A DNA stretch of 64,000 bases. It comes from Gemmatimonadales bacterium (GTDB taxonomy: Bacteria > Gemmatimonadota > Gemmatimonadetes > Gemmatimonadales > GWC2-71-9). The stretch is from positions 32,001-96,000 of the forward strand of contig JBFJCP010000010.1 in the NCBI GenBank assembly GCA_041615815.1, written 5' to 3'. The position numbers were made by a program, and so were the translations under genes. The notes beneath the pieces are model-generated. The model was given only the letters and a program-made list of their open reading frames with translations, ran no database searches and had not been told where the DNA came from. Below, piece after piece: positions 19,615-28,649 of the stretch (positions within the stretch are counted from its first letter, which is position 1; each line of letters starts with the position of its first letter).

Positions 19615-20990
19615 CGGCGCTGATGCTACTCCAGGAAGCCGGGCAGCTGGCGGCCACGCGGGAAGGCCTCGATACCCCGCTCCTCGCGCGGCTGATGGGA
19701 CTCGTCGGTATGGCGTCGATGATCGCCATCGCCTGGGTGATCTCGGTCGATCGCCGCAAGGTCAACTGGCGCTTGGTTGGAGTGGGCGTGGCGCTGCAAG
19801 CGACGTTCGGGTTCATCGTGCTCAAAACCACGGTGGGGCGAGCCCTCTTCCGCGGCGCCAATGCCGTCTTTACGAGACTCTTGGGATTCACCGAGGAGGG
19901 AGCACGGTTCATCTTCGGGAATCTGGTCACCAACAACGTGCCGGTGGGGCCTGTCACCGGACCCCCCGCCCAGTCGGCACCGATCGCATCGGTGGAGATG
20001 TGGGCTAACACCGGGGCGTTCTTTGCGTTCACGGTCTTGCCGACCATCATCTTCTTCTCGTCCCTCATGTCCGTGCTGTACTATCTCGGCATCATGCAGC
20101 GGGTGGTGAAGGGCATCGCGTGGCTCATGCAACGAGTGATGGGGACCTCGGGGGCCGAGACGCTTTCCGTGGCGGGGAACATCTTCGTCGGGCAGACGGA
20201 ATCGCCACTCTTGATCAAGCCGTTCGTTGGTAGGATGACGTACTCGGAGCTCAACACCGTGATGGTGGGTGGGTTCGCCACGATCGCCGGTGGTGTCCTG
20301 GCCGCATACGTGGCGATGCTCACACCGTTCTTCGAGGATATCGCCGGTCATCTCCTGACGGCGAGCGTGATGAACGCTCCGGCGGCGCTCCTCATTTCCA
20401 AGGTGCTCGTTCCGGAGGTTGGCGAGCCGGTAACGAAGGGCTCACTCAAACTGACCATAAGTAAGGAAGAGGCGAACGTCATCGACTCGGCGGCCGCCGG
20501 AGCATCGCAAGGAATGCAACTGGCGTTCAATGTAGGCGGGATGCTGATCGCGTTCGTGGCGTTCATCGCCCTGCTCAACTATCTCGTGGCCGCGCTGGGT
20601 GGCGTCGTGGGACTGGATGGGCTCACCCTCGAGCGGATCTTTGGCTGGGTGTTGGCACCACTGGCCTGGTTGATGGGGGTGCCGTGGGCCGACGCCGGGC
20701 AGGTGGGAGCGCTCATCGGGGTCAAGACCGTGCTCACGGAGTTCATTGCCTACCTGCAACTGGCGGGGACGCTGGCGGTCGACGGCTCGCTCTCCCCCCG
20801 TGGCGCCGTGATTGCCACGTACGCGCTGCTGGGATTCGCCAATCTGCCGTCGATCGCGATCCAAATTGGCGGAATCGGTGGAATCGCGCCGGAGCGACGA
20901 GGCGATCTTTCCCGCCTCGGTGTGCGGGCGATGGTGGGCGGCAACCTGGCCGCCTTCATGAGCGCGAGTCTGGCGGGAATGCTGCTATGA
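19611..20990 (+). CDS. nupC: Concentrative nucleoside transporter (CNT/NupC family)
   Basis: VLPTIIFFS, SGAETLS, NIFVGQTESP, GFATIAGGV, YALLGFAN, IQIGGIG. Confidence 0.93.
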   Translation: MTALMLLQEAGQLAATREGLDTPLLARLMGLVGMASMIAIAWVISVDRRKVNWRLVGVGVALQATFGFIVLKTTVGRALFRGANAVFTRLLGFTEEGARFIFGNLVTNNVPVGPVTGPPAQSAPIASVEMWANTGAFFAFTVLPTIIFFSSLMSVLYYLGIMQRVVKGIAWLMQRVMGTSGAETLSVAGNIFVGQTESPLLIKPFVGRMTYSELNTVMVGGFATIAGGVLAAYVAMLTPFFEDIAGHLLTASVMNAPAALLISKVLVPEVGEPVTKGSLKLTISKEEANVIDSAAAGASQGMQLAFNVGGMLIAFVAFIALLNYLVAALGGVVGLDGLTLERIFGWVLAPLAWLMGVPWADAGQVGALIGVKTVLTEFIAYLQLAGTLAVDGSLSPRGAVIATYALLGFANLPSIAIQIGGIGGIAPERRGDLSRLGVRAMVGGNLAAFMSASLAGMLL

Positions 20991-21126
20991 CGGCAGACGG
21001 CAGAGGGTCAATGTCGATTGGTGGCGTGCATCCTCAGTCCATGCAGTGCAACGCACGAGCGGCAAGCGCGAATGCTGAGTCCGGTTCTCTGCCCTCTACC
21101 CTCTGGCCTCTGCCTTCTCCTCTCTC
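20991..21126. repeat. Degenerate heptamer tandem repeats in inverted arrangement
   Basis: CGGCAGA x2 at 20991-21004; CTCTGCC-CTCTACC-CTCTGGC-CTCTGCC-TTCTCCT at 21087-21121. Confidence 0.7.
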
Positions 21127-22005
21127 ATGACCATCAAGGGTGCGCGCAAACGTTCCCGTCCCGCAGCCCCCTCGATTCGTGAGCGGGCTGCCACCGGAGC
21201 CTTGCTCCGTGACGCCGTCGCAGCGATCCGACAACGGGTGGGGTCGCAAAGACCGTCCGTGGCCATCGTGTTGGGCTCTGGGTTGGGGGGTCTCTCGGGC
21301 GCTGTGGACGATGCGCGGATCATCCCGTATGGAGAGATCCCCGGCTTCCCGGTCCCCAAGGTCGTCGGTCACAGCGGCGAACTCGTCGTGGGAACGCTGG
21401 AGGGGGTGCCGGTGATCCTCCAAAGCGGCCGGTTTCACATGTATGAGGGGCACGCCCCGGAGGTGGTCGTTCTTCCCGTCCGTGTGTTCGCCGAGCTTGG
21501 CGTCGGGACGCTCATCGTCACGAACGCCGCCGGCGGGATTCGACACACGTTCCGGCCTCCCACGCTCATGCTGATCGCTGATCACATCAACCTGATGTGG
21601 CGCTCGCCGCTTCGGGGGCCGGTCCAAGCACCCGAGGGCCGGTTTCCCGATATGTCGGAGCCCTACAGCCGACGCTTGCAGCGCCTTGCACAAGAAGTGG
21701 CGGCGGCCGAAGGAATTGGGCTCGAAACAGGCGTCTACGTGGCGGTGCTCGGCCCGAGCTTCGAGACGCCAGCGGAAGTGCGTATGCTCGGGTCGCTGGG
21801 GGCAGACGCCGTCGGCATGTCCACGGTTCCCGAAGTGACGGTGGGCCGTGCTCGGGGTATGGACGTGCTGGGGATCTCCACGATCTCCAACTTCGGGGCC
21901 GGCCTCTCCCCCAATCCCCTCTCGCACGAGGAGGTTTTGGAAGCCGGGAAGGCGGTGGCGCAGGACCTGGAGCGATTGGTCCGCGGAGTGGTGAAGATGT
22001 TGTAG
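21127..22005 (+). CDS. punA: Purine nucleoside phosphorylase (trimeric PunA/XapA type)
   Basis: IVLGSGLG, GHSGEL, GRFHMYEG, TNAAGG, GPSFETPAE, VGMSTVPE, LSHEEV. The start is uncertain. Confidence 0.92.
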   Translation: MTIKGARKRSRPAAPSIRERAATGALLRDAVAAIRQRVGSQRPSVAIVLGSGLGGLSGAVDDARIIPYGEIPGFPVPKVVGHSGELVVGTLEGVPVILQSGRFHMYEGHAPEVVVLPVRVFAELGVGTLIVTNAAGGIRHTFRPPTLMLIADHINLMWRSPLRGPVQAPEGRFPDMSEPYSRRLQRLAQEVAAAEGIGLETGVYVAVLGPSFETPAEVRMLGSLGADAVGMSTVPEVTVGRARGMDVLGISTISNFGAGLSPNPLSHEEVLEAGKAVAQDLERLVRGVVKML

Positions 22006-22115
22006 GGTGGAAGGTTAGAAGGCTGGAAAGTCGGGATGGCAAAAGGTTGGAAGCGAGAGATCTTCCGTCTTTTTCGTCCGTTCGTCCAGCTTTCTTGCGT
22101 TCCGGCATTCTCACC
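22006..22115. repeat. Degenerate octamer array (GYTGGAAG-like) followed by a pyrimidine-rich counter-arm
   Basis: GGTGGAAG GTTAGAAG GCTGGAAA GTCGGGAT GGCAAAAG GTTGGAAG at 22006-22053. Confidence 0.65.
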
Positions 22116-22148
22116 GTATCGTGTCTCTTCCCCGCTTCTCTTTCCCGC

Positions 22149-22174
22149 GCAACCCTTTTTTCCGACCTTGTGTC
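22149..22174 (+). promoter_or_regulatory. Putative autoregulatory ECF promoter
   Basis: GCAACC-N16-TGTC(cta), about 45 nt upstream of an ECF sigma gene. Confidence 0.55.
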
Positions 22175-22218
22175 CTACAGAGCAGAAAACGGTTGATCCG
22201 AGAGCCCCCGGGGGGTTG

Positions 22219-22764
22219 GTGGACGAGACGCAACTGCTTGCTCGGCTTCGCGCCGGAGAGCCCGAGGCCCAACGCAGCTTCTACGATCAGCACGTGGATC
22301 GGATCTTCCGTTTGGCGTATCGAATGACGGGGGATGACGAATTGGCGCGGGACTTCACCCAGGAGGCCTTTATCCGCGCTTTCGATCGGATCGGTCAGTT
22401 TCGCGGGGATGCGGCTCTGGGGACGTGGCTCTTCTCCGTTGCGTCGCGCGTGGTCCTGAACGGCCTACGCAAGGTCAAGCGGTTCCGCCAACGGGAAGTG
22501 GCGCTGGACGAAGTAGGGGCGGTATCTGCGGCACCGCGTCGTGAAGCCGAGCCGGATCTGAAGGATCGACTGCGTCATGCAATTGATGCACTGCCCAACA
22601 AGTATCGCATGGTGTTTGTGATGCACGATATCGAGGGATACACACATGAAGAAATCGGCGCTGCGCTAGGCGTGCAGACCGGCACCTCCAAGGCACAGCT
22701 TTCGCGGGCCCGCGCCCGCTTGCGGGAATCGCTAGCAGATTTCGCTCCGGAGTGGGCATCATGA
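22219..22764 (+). CDS. ECF sigma-70 factor
   Basis: DFTQEAFIRAF, FRGDAALGTWL, VFVMHDIEGYTHEEIG, GTSKAQLSRAR. Start placed at GTG 22219. Confidence 0.93.
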   Translation: MDETQLLARLRAGEPEAQRSFYDQHVDRIFRLAYRMTGDDELARDFTQEAFIRAFDRIGQFRGDAALGTWLFSVASRVVLNGLRKVKRFRQREVALDEVGAVSAAPRREAEPDLKDRLRHAIDALPNKYRMVFVMHDIEGYTHEEIGAALGVQTGTSKAQLSRARARLRESLADFAPEWAS

Positions 22765-23390
22765 CCAATGAGCGTTTCAACGAGCGCATCCGCCGGGCCG
22801 TGCAGGACTATCACCGGCCTCCGCCCACCCCCCGGGAGGAGATGTGGCTCGCCATCGAACAGGGGCGCGAGCGAGACGCGGGGCACCGGGCCGGCGACCC
22901 GGGGCGGGTGACACGTGGCGTGTGGTGGATGATGGGTCTCGCCGCGGCCTTGCTGCTAGGCATTGCCATTGGGCGCTTCGCTCTCGAGGGCCCGACCGTG
23001 TCACGATCCGTCGCGTCGGTTGGCGAAGGTATGCCGGCCTCCACGGAGGCATATCGCGTGGCCGCCGGCGAGCACCTGACCCAGGTCGAGACATTTCTCA
23101 CGGTGTTTCGCGTGGAGGCTCGTGCGGGGCGTGCCGACGAAGCAGCGGTCAGCCCCGCGCGTGATCTCCTCGTAACGACCCAACTCATGCTGGACTCCCC
23201 AGCGGGGGACGACGTCCAGCTCAGAACATTGCTCGAGGACATCGAGCTCGTGCTCATGCAGATCGCGCTGTTCTCGAACCAGCGGGGATCGGGCGAACTC
23301 GAGCTCATCGATCAAGGAATCGAACAACGAGGCGTTCTGCTGAAGCTACAGACACTGTCGACAGCCGGTGGAATGCAAGGAGCGCTGTGA
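22761..23390 (+). CDS. Putative single-TM anti-sigma factor
   Basis: ATGA overlap with the ECF gene; short N-terminal domain (PPPTPREEMWLAI), TM (GLAAALLLGIAIG), helical C-terminal domain. Confidence 0.75.
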   Translation: MTNERFNERIRRAVQDYHRPPPTPREEMWLAIEQGRERDAGHRAGDPGRVTRGVWWMMGLAAALLLGIAIGRFALEGPTVSRSVASVGEGMPASTEAYRVAAGEHLTQVETFLTVFRVEARAGRADEAAVSPARDLLVTTQLMLDSPAGDDVQLRTLLEDIELVLMQIALFSNQRGSGELELIDQGIEQRGVLLKLQTLSTAGGMQGAL

Positions 23391-24946
23391 TCATGCGGAA
23401 GACCCGAATGCAGGTGGTGGGTGTCATGGTGGGTGGACTGGTTGCCGCCAGCGGCGCTCACGGTCAGGACCCGGCGCCGCTGGGGCCCGTCCGGGCGTCG
23501 CTCGCGGTGGCCGAGGCCCGTGTGGCGCTGGTGGGACATACGCTGGAGGCGGCGGCACCGCAGCTCGCGGCGGTCGAAGCATCGCTCGGTGGCTGGGGGG
23601 TGATTGCTCCGATGGTGGAGCAAATCGAAGCGCGAGCCCCCGAGGCTTGGCTACGGCAAGATCCGGCGGATTCCCTGTACCGAGAGGCCCGAGAGGCCCT
23701 GAACCGGGGCAACTACGACCGCGCCGCAATCTTGTTCCGCGATCTCCGGCGTCGGTTTCCGCGATCAGGCTATGTGGCGGATTCGTATTACTGGGAGGCG
23801 TTTGCTCGGTATCGAGATGGTGGCGAAGAGCAGGACCGCGCGGCGTTGGATCTCCTCCGCCGTCAGGGCGAGACCCATCCGGATGCGGAGACCCGGGCAT
23901 CGGCCGAAGTCTTGGCTACCCGGATCCGAGGGCGGTTGGCCGCGGCGGGAGACGCGCCTGCCGCCGAGCGCGTGGCGGTCATTGCCGCGCCACCGGCTCC
24001 CCCGGCCCCTGCCATTGCGCCGCCGGGGGCCCCTGCCATTGCGCCGCGTCCTGCGGCAGCCCCGCAATTCAGCGATCAGGACGACGACATTCGGATTGCT
24101 GCGCTCAACGCGCTCCTGCAAATGGATGCGGAGCAGGCCATCCCGATTCTCAAACAGATTCTGGAGCGCCGCGACGCAGGGTCGACCCGCCTGCGACGCA
24201 AGGCGGTATTCCTGGTATCGCAGAAACGATCGCCCGAGACGGAGACGATCCTGCTCAACGTGATCCGCAACGATCCCGACTCGGACGTGCGGGCGCAGGG
24301 CGTGTTCTGGCTTTCGCAGGTGCCGACCGAAAACGCGGTGGCGGCGTTGGATTCCATTCTCATGGCGTCCGACGATCGGCAAGTGCAGAAGAAAGCCATC
24401 TTCGCGCTGTCGCAACACAACAGCGAGCGCGCAGGACGGGCGCTGCGAGCCTACGCGCAGCGGCGGGATGCCCCTGAGGAATTGCGCCGGGATGCGATCT
24501 TCTGGCTGGGACAGCACTCGGCGGAAGCGAATCAGGCGTTCTTGCGTCAACTCTACCCGAGCCTGCAGAGCTCCCGTTTGAAGGAGCGGGTCATATTCGC
24601 AATCTCGCAACGCGCAACCGCCGAGAACCAACGCTGGCTCCTGGATCTCGCACGCAATAGCAACGAGTCCATCGAGATGCGGAAGAAGGCGCTGTTCTGG
24701 GCAGGACAAAGTGGGGTCGCGATCTCGGAGCTCGTATCGCTCTACAGTGCCATCCCGGATCGAGAAATGCGCGAGCAGCTCATCTTCGTGTACTCGCAAC
24801 GGTCCGATGGCGAAGCGGTGGACAAGCTCATGGATATCGCGCGCAACGACCCGAGTCCGGAGTTGCAGAAGAAGGCGGTGTTCTGGCTCGGGCAATCCAA
24901 GGATCCGCGCGTCGCCCAGTTCCTGCTGGAGATCATCAACCGATGA
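23387..24946 (+). CDS. Exported TPR(BamD-like) plus HEAT-repeat protein
   Basis: Signal peptide; ADSLYREAREALNRGNY...YYWEAFARY; Pro/Ala linker; multiple ~36-aa repeats (KAVFLVSQ, GVFWLSQ, KAIFALSQ, AIFWLGQ, KAVFWLGQ). Confidence 0.85.
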   Translation: MIMRKTRMQVVGVMVGGLVAASGAHGQDPAPLGPVRASLAVAEARVALVGHTLEAAAPQLAAVEASLGGWGVIAPMVEQIEARAPEAWLRQDPADSLYREAREALNRGNYDRAAILFRDLRRRFPRSGYVADSYYWEAFARYRDGGEEQDRAALDLLRRQGETHPDAETRASAEVLATRIRGRLAAAGDAPAAERVAVIAAPPAPPAPAIAPPGAPAIAPRPAAAPQFSDQDDDIRIAALNALLQMDAEQAIPILKQILERRDAGSTRLRRKAVFLVSQKRSPETETILLNVIRNDPDSDVRAQGVFWLSQVPTENAVAALDSILMASDDRQVQKKAIFALSQHNSERAGRALRAYAQRRDAPEELRRDAIFWLGQHSAEANQAFLRQLYPSLQSSRLKERVIFAISQRATAENQRWLLDLARNSNESIEMRKKALFWAGQSGVAISELVSLYSAIPDREMREQLIFVYSQRSDGEAVDKLMDIARNDPSPELQKKAVFWLGQSKDPRVAQFLLEIINR

Positions 24947-25743
24947 AGAACAAGACGGAACGTGTCGCGGACCGTCGTTGGGTCGTGACCTCGTGGCAGC
25001 TGGTCGTTGCGTTCACGGCCGTGTTGGCGGCGCTTCCGAGGATGGGTCGAACGCAATCGATTGCCGAACGTGTGGCCGGGGTGCGGGACGGCAAAGTGCG
25101 CATGAGCTTTGCCGCCAAGGAGGGTGTCTGTGGGGATGGGCGGTCCATCACGACGCACCGGAGCACCGAGGACTGGGAGGGTTGGTGTGAGGGGGGCCCG
25201 GTCCGAGTGGTGCTGCGACTCCGGCGTGGTGACGTCGTGGATCTCGATACGTTCGTTGGTGGGCGGTGGCGCGCGGCGGGTGAGGGGGTGGATCTTGGCC
25301 CGGTCTCCGCCCCGGCGGCTGCGGAGTTTCTGTTGTCGATCGCTCGCCGTTCCGGCGCTCAGGTGGGGAAGGCAGCAATCGTAGGGGCCGTGCTGGCAGA
25401 CAGCGCCGTGGTGTGGCCGACCCTGCTGGCGATGGCCAAAGACCACGCGCGTCCAGGCGAGATTCGGCGCGCCGCCGTGTTCTGGTTGAGCCAGGCGGCG
25501 AGCGATCGTGCGACTGAGGGACTGGAAGAGATCGTCGACGACGATGCCACCGATCTCAAGGTCCGTGAGCACGCGGTGTTTGCCCTCTCGCAACGACCCC
25601 AGAATGAAGGCGTGCCGGCGCTCATCCGGGTGGCACGGAGTCACAACAGTCCCAGGATCAGAAAAAAGGCACTTTTCTGGCTGGGGCAAAGCGCCGATCC
25701 CCGAGCTATCCAGTTGTTCGAGGAAATTCTGCTACAGCCGTAA
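24943..25743 (+). CDS. Exported HEAT-repeat protein
   Basis: Signal-like N-terminus, a beta-rich domain with a Cys pair (GVCGDG, WCEGGP), then AVFWLSQ / AVFALSQ / ALFWLGQ repeats; ATGA overlap. Confidence 0.82.
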   Translation: MKNKTERVADRRWVVTSWQLVVAFTAVLAALPRMGRTQSIAERVAGVRDGKVRMSFAAKEGVCGDGRSITTHRSTEDWEGWCEGGPVRVVLRLRRGDVVDLDTFVGGRWRAAGEGVDLGPVSAPAAAEFLLSIARRSGAQVGKAAIVGAVLADSAVVWPTLLAMAKDHARPGEIRRAAVFWLSQAASDRATEGLEEIVDDDATDLKVREHAVFALSQRPQNEGVPALIRVARSHNSPRIRKKALFWLGQSADPRAIQLFEEILLQP

Positions 25744-25866
25744 GCGTTCCCCTGGTCGAGAACCCACGGGACCAGCTTCCCCCAGCCAGTTGCCCAAACC
25801 CCTCCGCCTGATCATTAGTGTATTGACCAGTCGCACGCGCCTGTCTCAACCCCAGGAGCCTGTCGA

Positions 25867-27321
25867 ATGATTGCTAGTGCTGCCCGAGTGAGAACCATCC
25901 TCCTCATCGTTGTTGCAAGCACCGTTGCGGCCTGCGCCACCAATCCCGCCACCGGTCGGCGGCAATTGATGCTCGTCAGCGAGGGGCAGGAGATTGCGAT
26001 GGGCCAGGAGGCCGATCCGCAGATCGTGGCGCAGTTCGGACTCTACCCGGACGAGTCCCTCCAACAGTACCTCGACGGAATCGGCCAGCGGTTGGCCTCG
26101 CTCTCTGAGCGTCCCGATCTGCCGTGGACCTTCCGGCTACTGGACGATCCGGTGGTCAATGCGTTCGCTCTACCCGGCGGTTTCAACTACATCACGCGCG
26201 GGATCATGGTGCACTTCAATTCGGAAGCCGAGCTGGCGGGCGTGATGGGTCACGAGCTCGGCCATGTCACCGCACGGCATTCAGCGGCCCAGATGACGCA
26301 GCAGACGCTCGCCGGTGTGGGGCTTGTGGCGGGGATGATTCTCGTGCCGGATCTCCAGGACTACGCCGGGCTCGCCGGTGCCGGGCTCCAACTCATGTTC
26401 CTCCGCTTCAGCCGGGATGACGAACGAGAGGCGGACGATCTGGGTCTGCGCTACATCTACCGCGCCGGATATGATCCCCGGGAAATGCCCAACGTCTTTG
26501 CCATGCTCGAGCGCGTGAGCCGCGCGAGTGGGGCGGGTCGAGTGCCCGGGTGGCTCTCGACCCATCCCGACCCCGCCGATCGGCAGGAGCGGATTCGGGA
26601 GAAGATCGCGGCGCTGCCGGTTCAGGACTTTTCCGCCCTGGTGGTGGCGCGTGATGAGTACCTTCGGCGTCTCGACGGCATGGTCTACGGGCCCAACCCT
26701 CGCGAGGGCTACTTTCGTGGGCAGAATTTCTTGCACCCTGATCTCGAATTCCAGCTGACGTTTCCGCCCAACTGGCGGACGATGAACCAGAAACGGGCGG
26801 TCCTGGCACAACCGCCCGATCGGGACGGCCTGTTCGAACTGACGCTTGCCCAGGTGGCGTCACCCATGGAGGGTGCACAGGGGTTTCTGGCCGAGGAGGG
26901 TGTCAGCGGTGGGCCTGCGCGTTCCGGCAACATCAATGGACACTCGGCTGCGACCGCAGGCTTTCGCGCACAAACGAATCAGGGGGTGCTAGAGGGCATC
27001 GTCACATTCATTGCCTATCGAGGCAACGTCTATCGGCTCATGGGCTACGCTCCGAGAGAACGGTGGCGCGTCTACAATCAAGACATGCGCGCCATCACGG
27101 GAACGTTCGATCGCCTGACCGACCAGGAAGCGCTGAACGCGCAGCCGTTACGCATTCGTGTTGACCAAGTGAGCGGCGCCATGACGTTATCTGAGTTCGT
27201 GGCGCGGGAACCCTCGCCCGTCGCAGTCGAGACGGTGGCTCTCCTGAATCAGATGGAGCCCACCACGATGCTTACACGGGGGCAGCTGGTGAAACGGGTG
27301 GTAGGCCAGACGCCTCCGTAA
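25867..27321 (+). CDS. M48 family zinc metalloprotease lipoprotein
   Basis: Lipobox VAAC; NAFALPGG, GHELGH, FSRDDEREAD, LSTHP. Confidence 0.92.
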   Translation: MIASAARVRTILLIVVASTVAACATNPATGRRQLMLVSEGQEIAMGQEADPQIVAQFGLYPDESLQQYLDGIGQRLASLSERPDLPWTFRLLDDPVVNAFALPGGFNYITRGIMVHFNSEAELAGVMGHELGHVTARHSAAQMTQQTLAGVGLVAGMILVPDLQDYAGLAGAGLQLMFLRFSRDDEREADDLGLRYIYRAGYDPREMPNVFAMLERVSRASGAGRVPGWLSTHPDPADRQERIREKIAALPVQDFSALVVARDEYLRRLDGMVYGPNPREGYFRGQNFLHPDLEFQLTFPPNWRTMNQKRAVLAQPPDRDGLFELTLAQVASPMEGAQGFLAEEGVSGGPARSGNINGHSAATAGFRAQTNQGVLEGIVTFIAYRGNVYRLMGYAPRERWRVYNQDMRAITGTFDRLTDQEALNAQPLRIRVDQVSGAMTLSEFVAREPSPVAVETVALLNQMEPTTMLTRGQLVKRVVGQTPP

Positions 27322-27435
27322 GCGTAGCAAAGCGGCACGCGCAGCTGCTGCTGCACTAGAACCGGCAGGAATGGATGCAGGGGAAGAAGTGGCGGGGGTG
27401 GATGGAAACAAAGAGCCGATGGCCGTCGGGAGCTG

Positions 27436-28131
27436 CTACACGGCTTTTGGTGGATACACACGGACCTCGGAGCCCACGGCGAAGATCGTGGACACCGGGG
27501 TCCGCTCGTTCAGGAAACCCCAGCGATTGCCATACAGGGCGCGAAAGTCGATGTCGTAGTCGACATCCCGGAGTTCACGGATGGCCCACTCGGGGTGCTC
27601 GACGCGGTACCGGAGCAGCCTTCCGCTTCGCGTCGTCCCGAATCCCCACGTGTGTTCCTTGAAGTGGTGCTCGACGGACGAATCGGGTGGCACGCTGCTG
27701 GTGATGGAACCCACGGCCCGCAGGCGATACGCTCCGAATCGGTGTGTCACGGTAACCAGGCCGTCACCGCTCCGCGTGCTGCTCCGCATGGCCAATACTT
27801 GATAGGGTTCGTTGTACCGCCATCGTGCGACCGTTGCCACCAACCGCGATGGGACCAGTTCGCGCAGGAAGATCACGCCCCGATCGTCCTGGTGCCGGGC
27901 ATAGGTGCGCAGGTTGATCTCCGGGAAGTTCTCGAGTCCCGGCACTAGGCAGCCCATAACGCGCGTGTCGCGAAAATCGAACGCCACCAAGCTCACATGC
28001 GTGCAGCCGCTCCACCGATCCGGCTCCAGCTCGCGATGGAGTGCTGCGCGGACGAGCTTGGCCGGTGCTTCGAAGGTCAGCAGCACCAGGTTGGCCCAGC
28101 GCGCCGTGAGAAATGGTCGGGGCTCGCTCAC
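27436..28131 (-). CDS. DUF2071/YqjF-family protein
   Basis: FLTARWANL, VSLVAFDF, FPEINLRTY, GVIFL, YRVEHPEW. Confidence 0.75.
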   Translation of the reverse strand: MSEPRPFLTARWANLVLLTFEAPAKLVRAALHRELEPDRWSGCTHVSLVAFDFRDTRVMGCLVPGLENFPEINLRTYARHQDDRGVIFLRELVPSRLVATVARWRYNEPYQVLAMRSSTRSGDGLVTVTHRFGAYRLRAVGSITSSVPPDSSVEHHFKEHTWGFGTTRSGRLLRYRVEHPEWAIRELRDVDYDIDFRALYGNRWGFLNERTPVSTIFAVGSEVRVYPPKAV

Positions 28132-28220
28132 GGCGAGCGCCCCATCGAGCCGCCCGTGCGCGGAACTGGCCCCGAAACTATCGTTGCATATGGAGCGGTG
28201 ATGCTTTCAGGAGGAACCGA

Positions 28221-28649
28221 TTGAACGTCGATCCTGCTCAGCCAGTGGTGCTTGCGTCCCCCCGATTGCTGCATGCCATGCTCGTTGCTGGGGTGGTCAT
28301 CATCATGGTTGTGTTGGGGGTGGTACGCGCGGCGTCGGCTTTGGATCCTCTGACGTCGCTCATCCCTTACTTCCGGTTGGCAGCCATGGGAGTGTTGATC
28401 GCATCGTATGTCGTCATGTGGATCCTCCGACTTCGGATCGAGCCTCGCCGCGCCACCGAAGACCGCCGCCACTGGTGGCAACGTCATTTGACCACCGCAC
28501 TGGCGGTGTGGGCTCTTGCCGAGGGGGCCGCAATGGTTGGCGCCGTGTTCTGGTTTCTCACGGGGGATACGATCATCCTCGTTGGTGTCGCCGGTCTCGC
28601 GCTGACACTCTTGGTGATGAATCGACCGGGGCGTCTCGAAGAGGGCTAG
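28221..28649 (+). CDS. Hypothetical four-TM membrane protein
   Basis: GGAGG RBS before TTG 28221; four hydrophobic segments; WALAEGAA motif. Confidence 0.65.
   Translation: MNVDPAQPVVLASPRLLHAMLVAGVVIIMVVLGVVRAASALDPLTSLIPYFRLAAMGVLIASYVVMWILRLRIEPRRATEDRRHWWQRHLTTALAVWALAEGAAMVGAVFWFLTGDTIILVGVAGLALTLLVMNRPGRLEEG

Noticed and set aside
23990..24065. Direct repeat GCCCCTGCCATTGCGCCGC in the HEAT gene
   Set aside because: It simply encodes a duplicated APAIAP Pro/Ala linker, not a CRISPR or mobile repeat.
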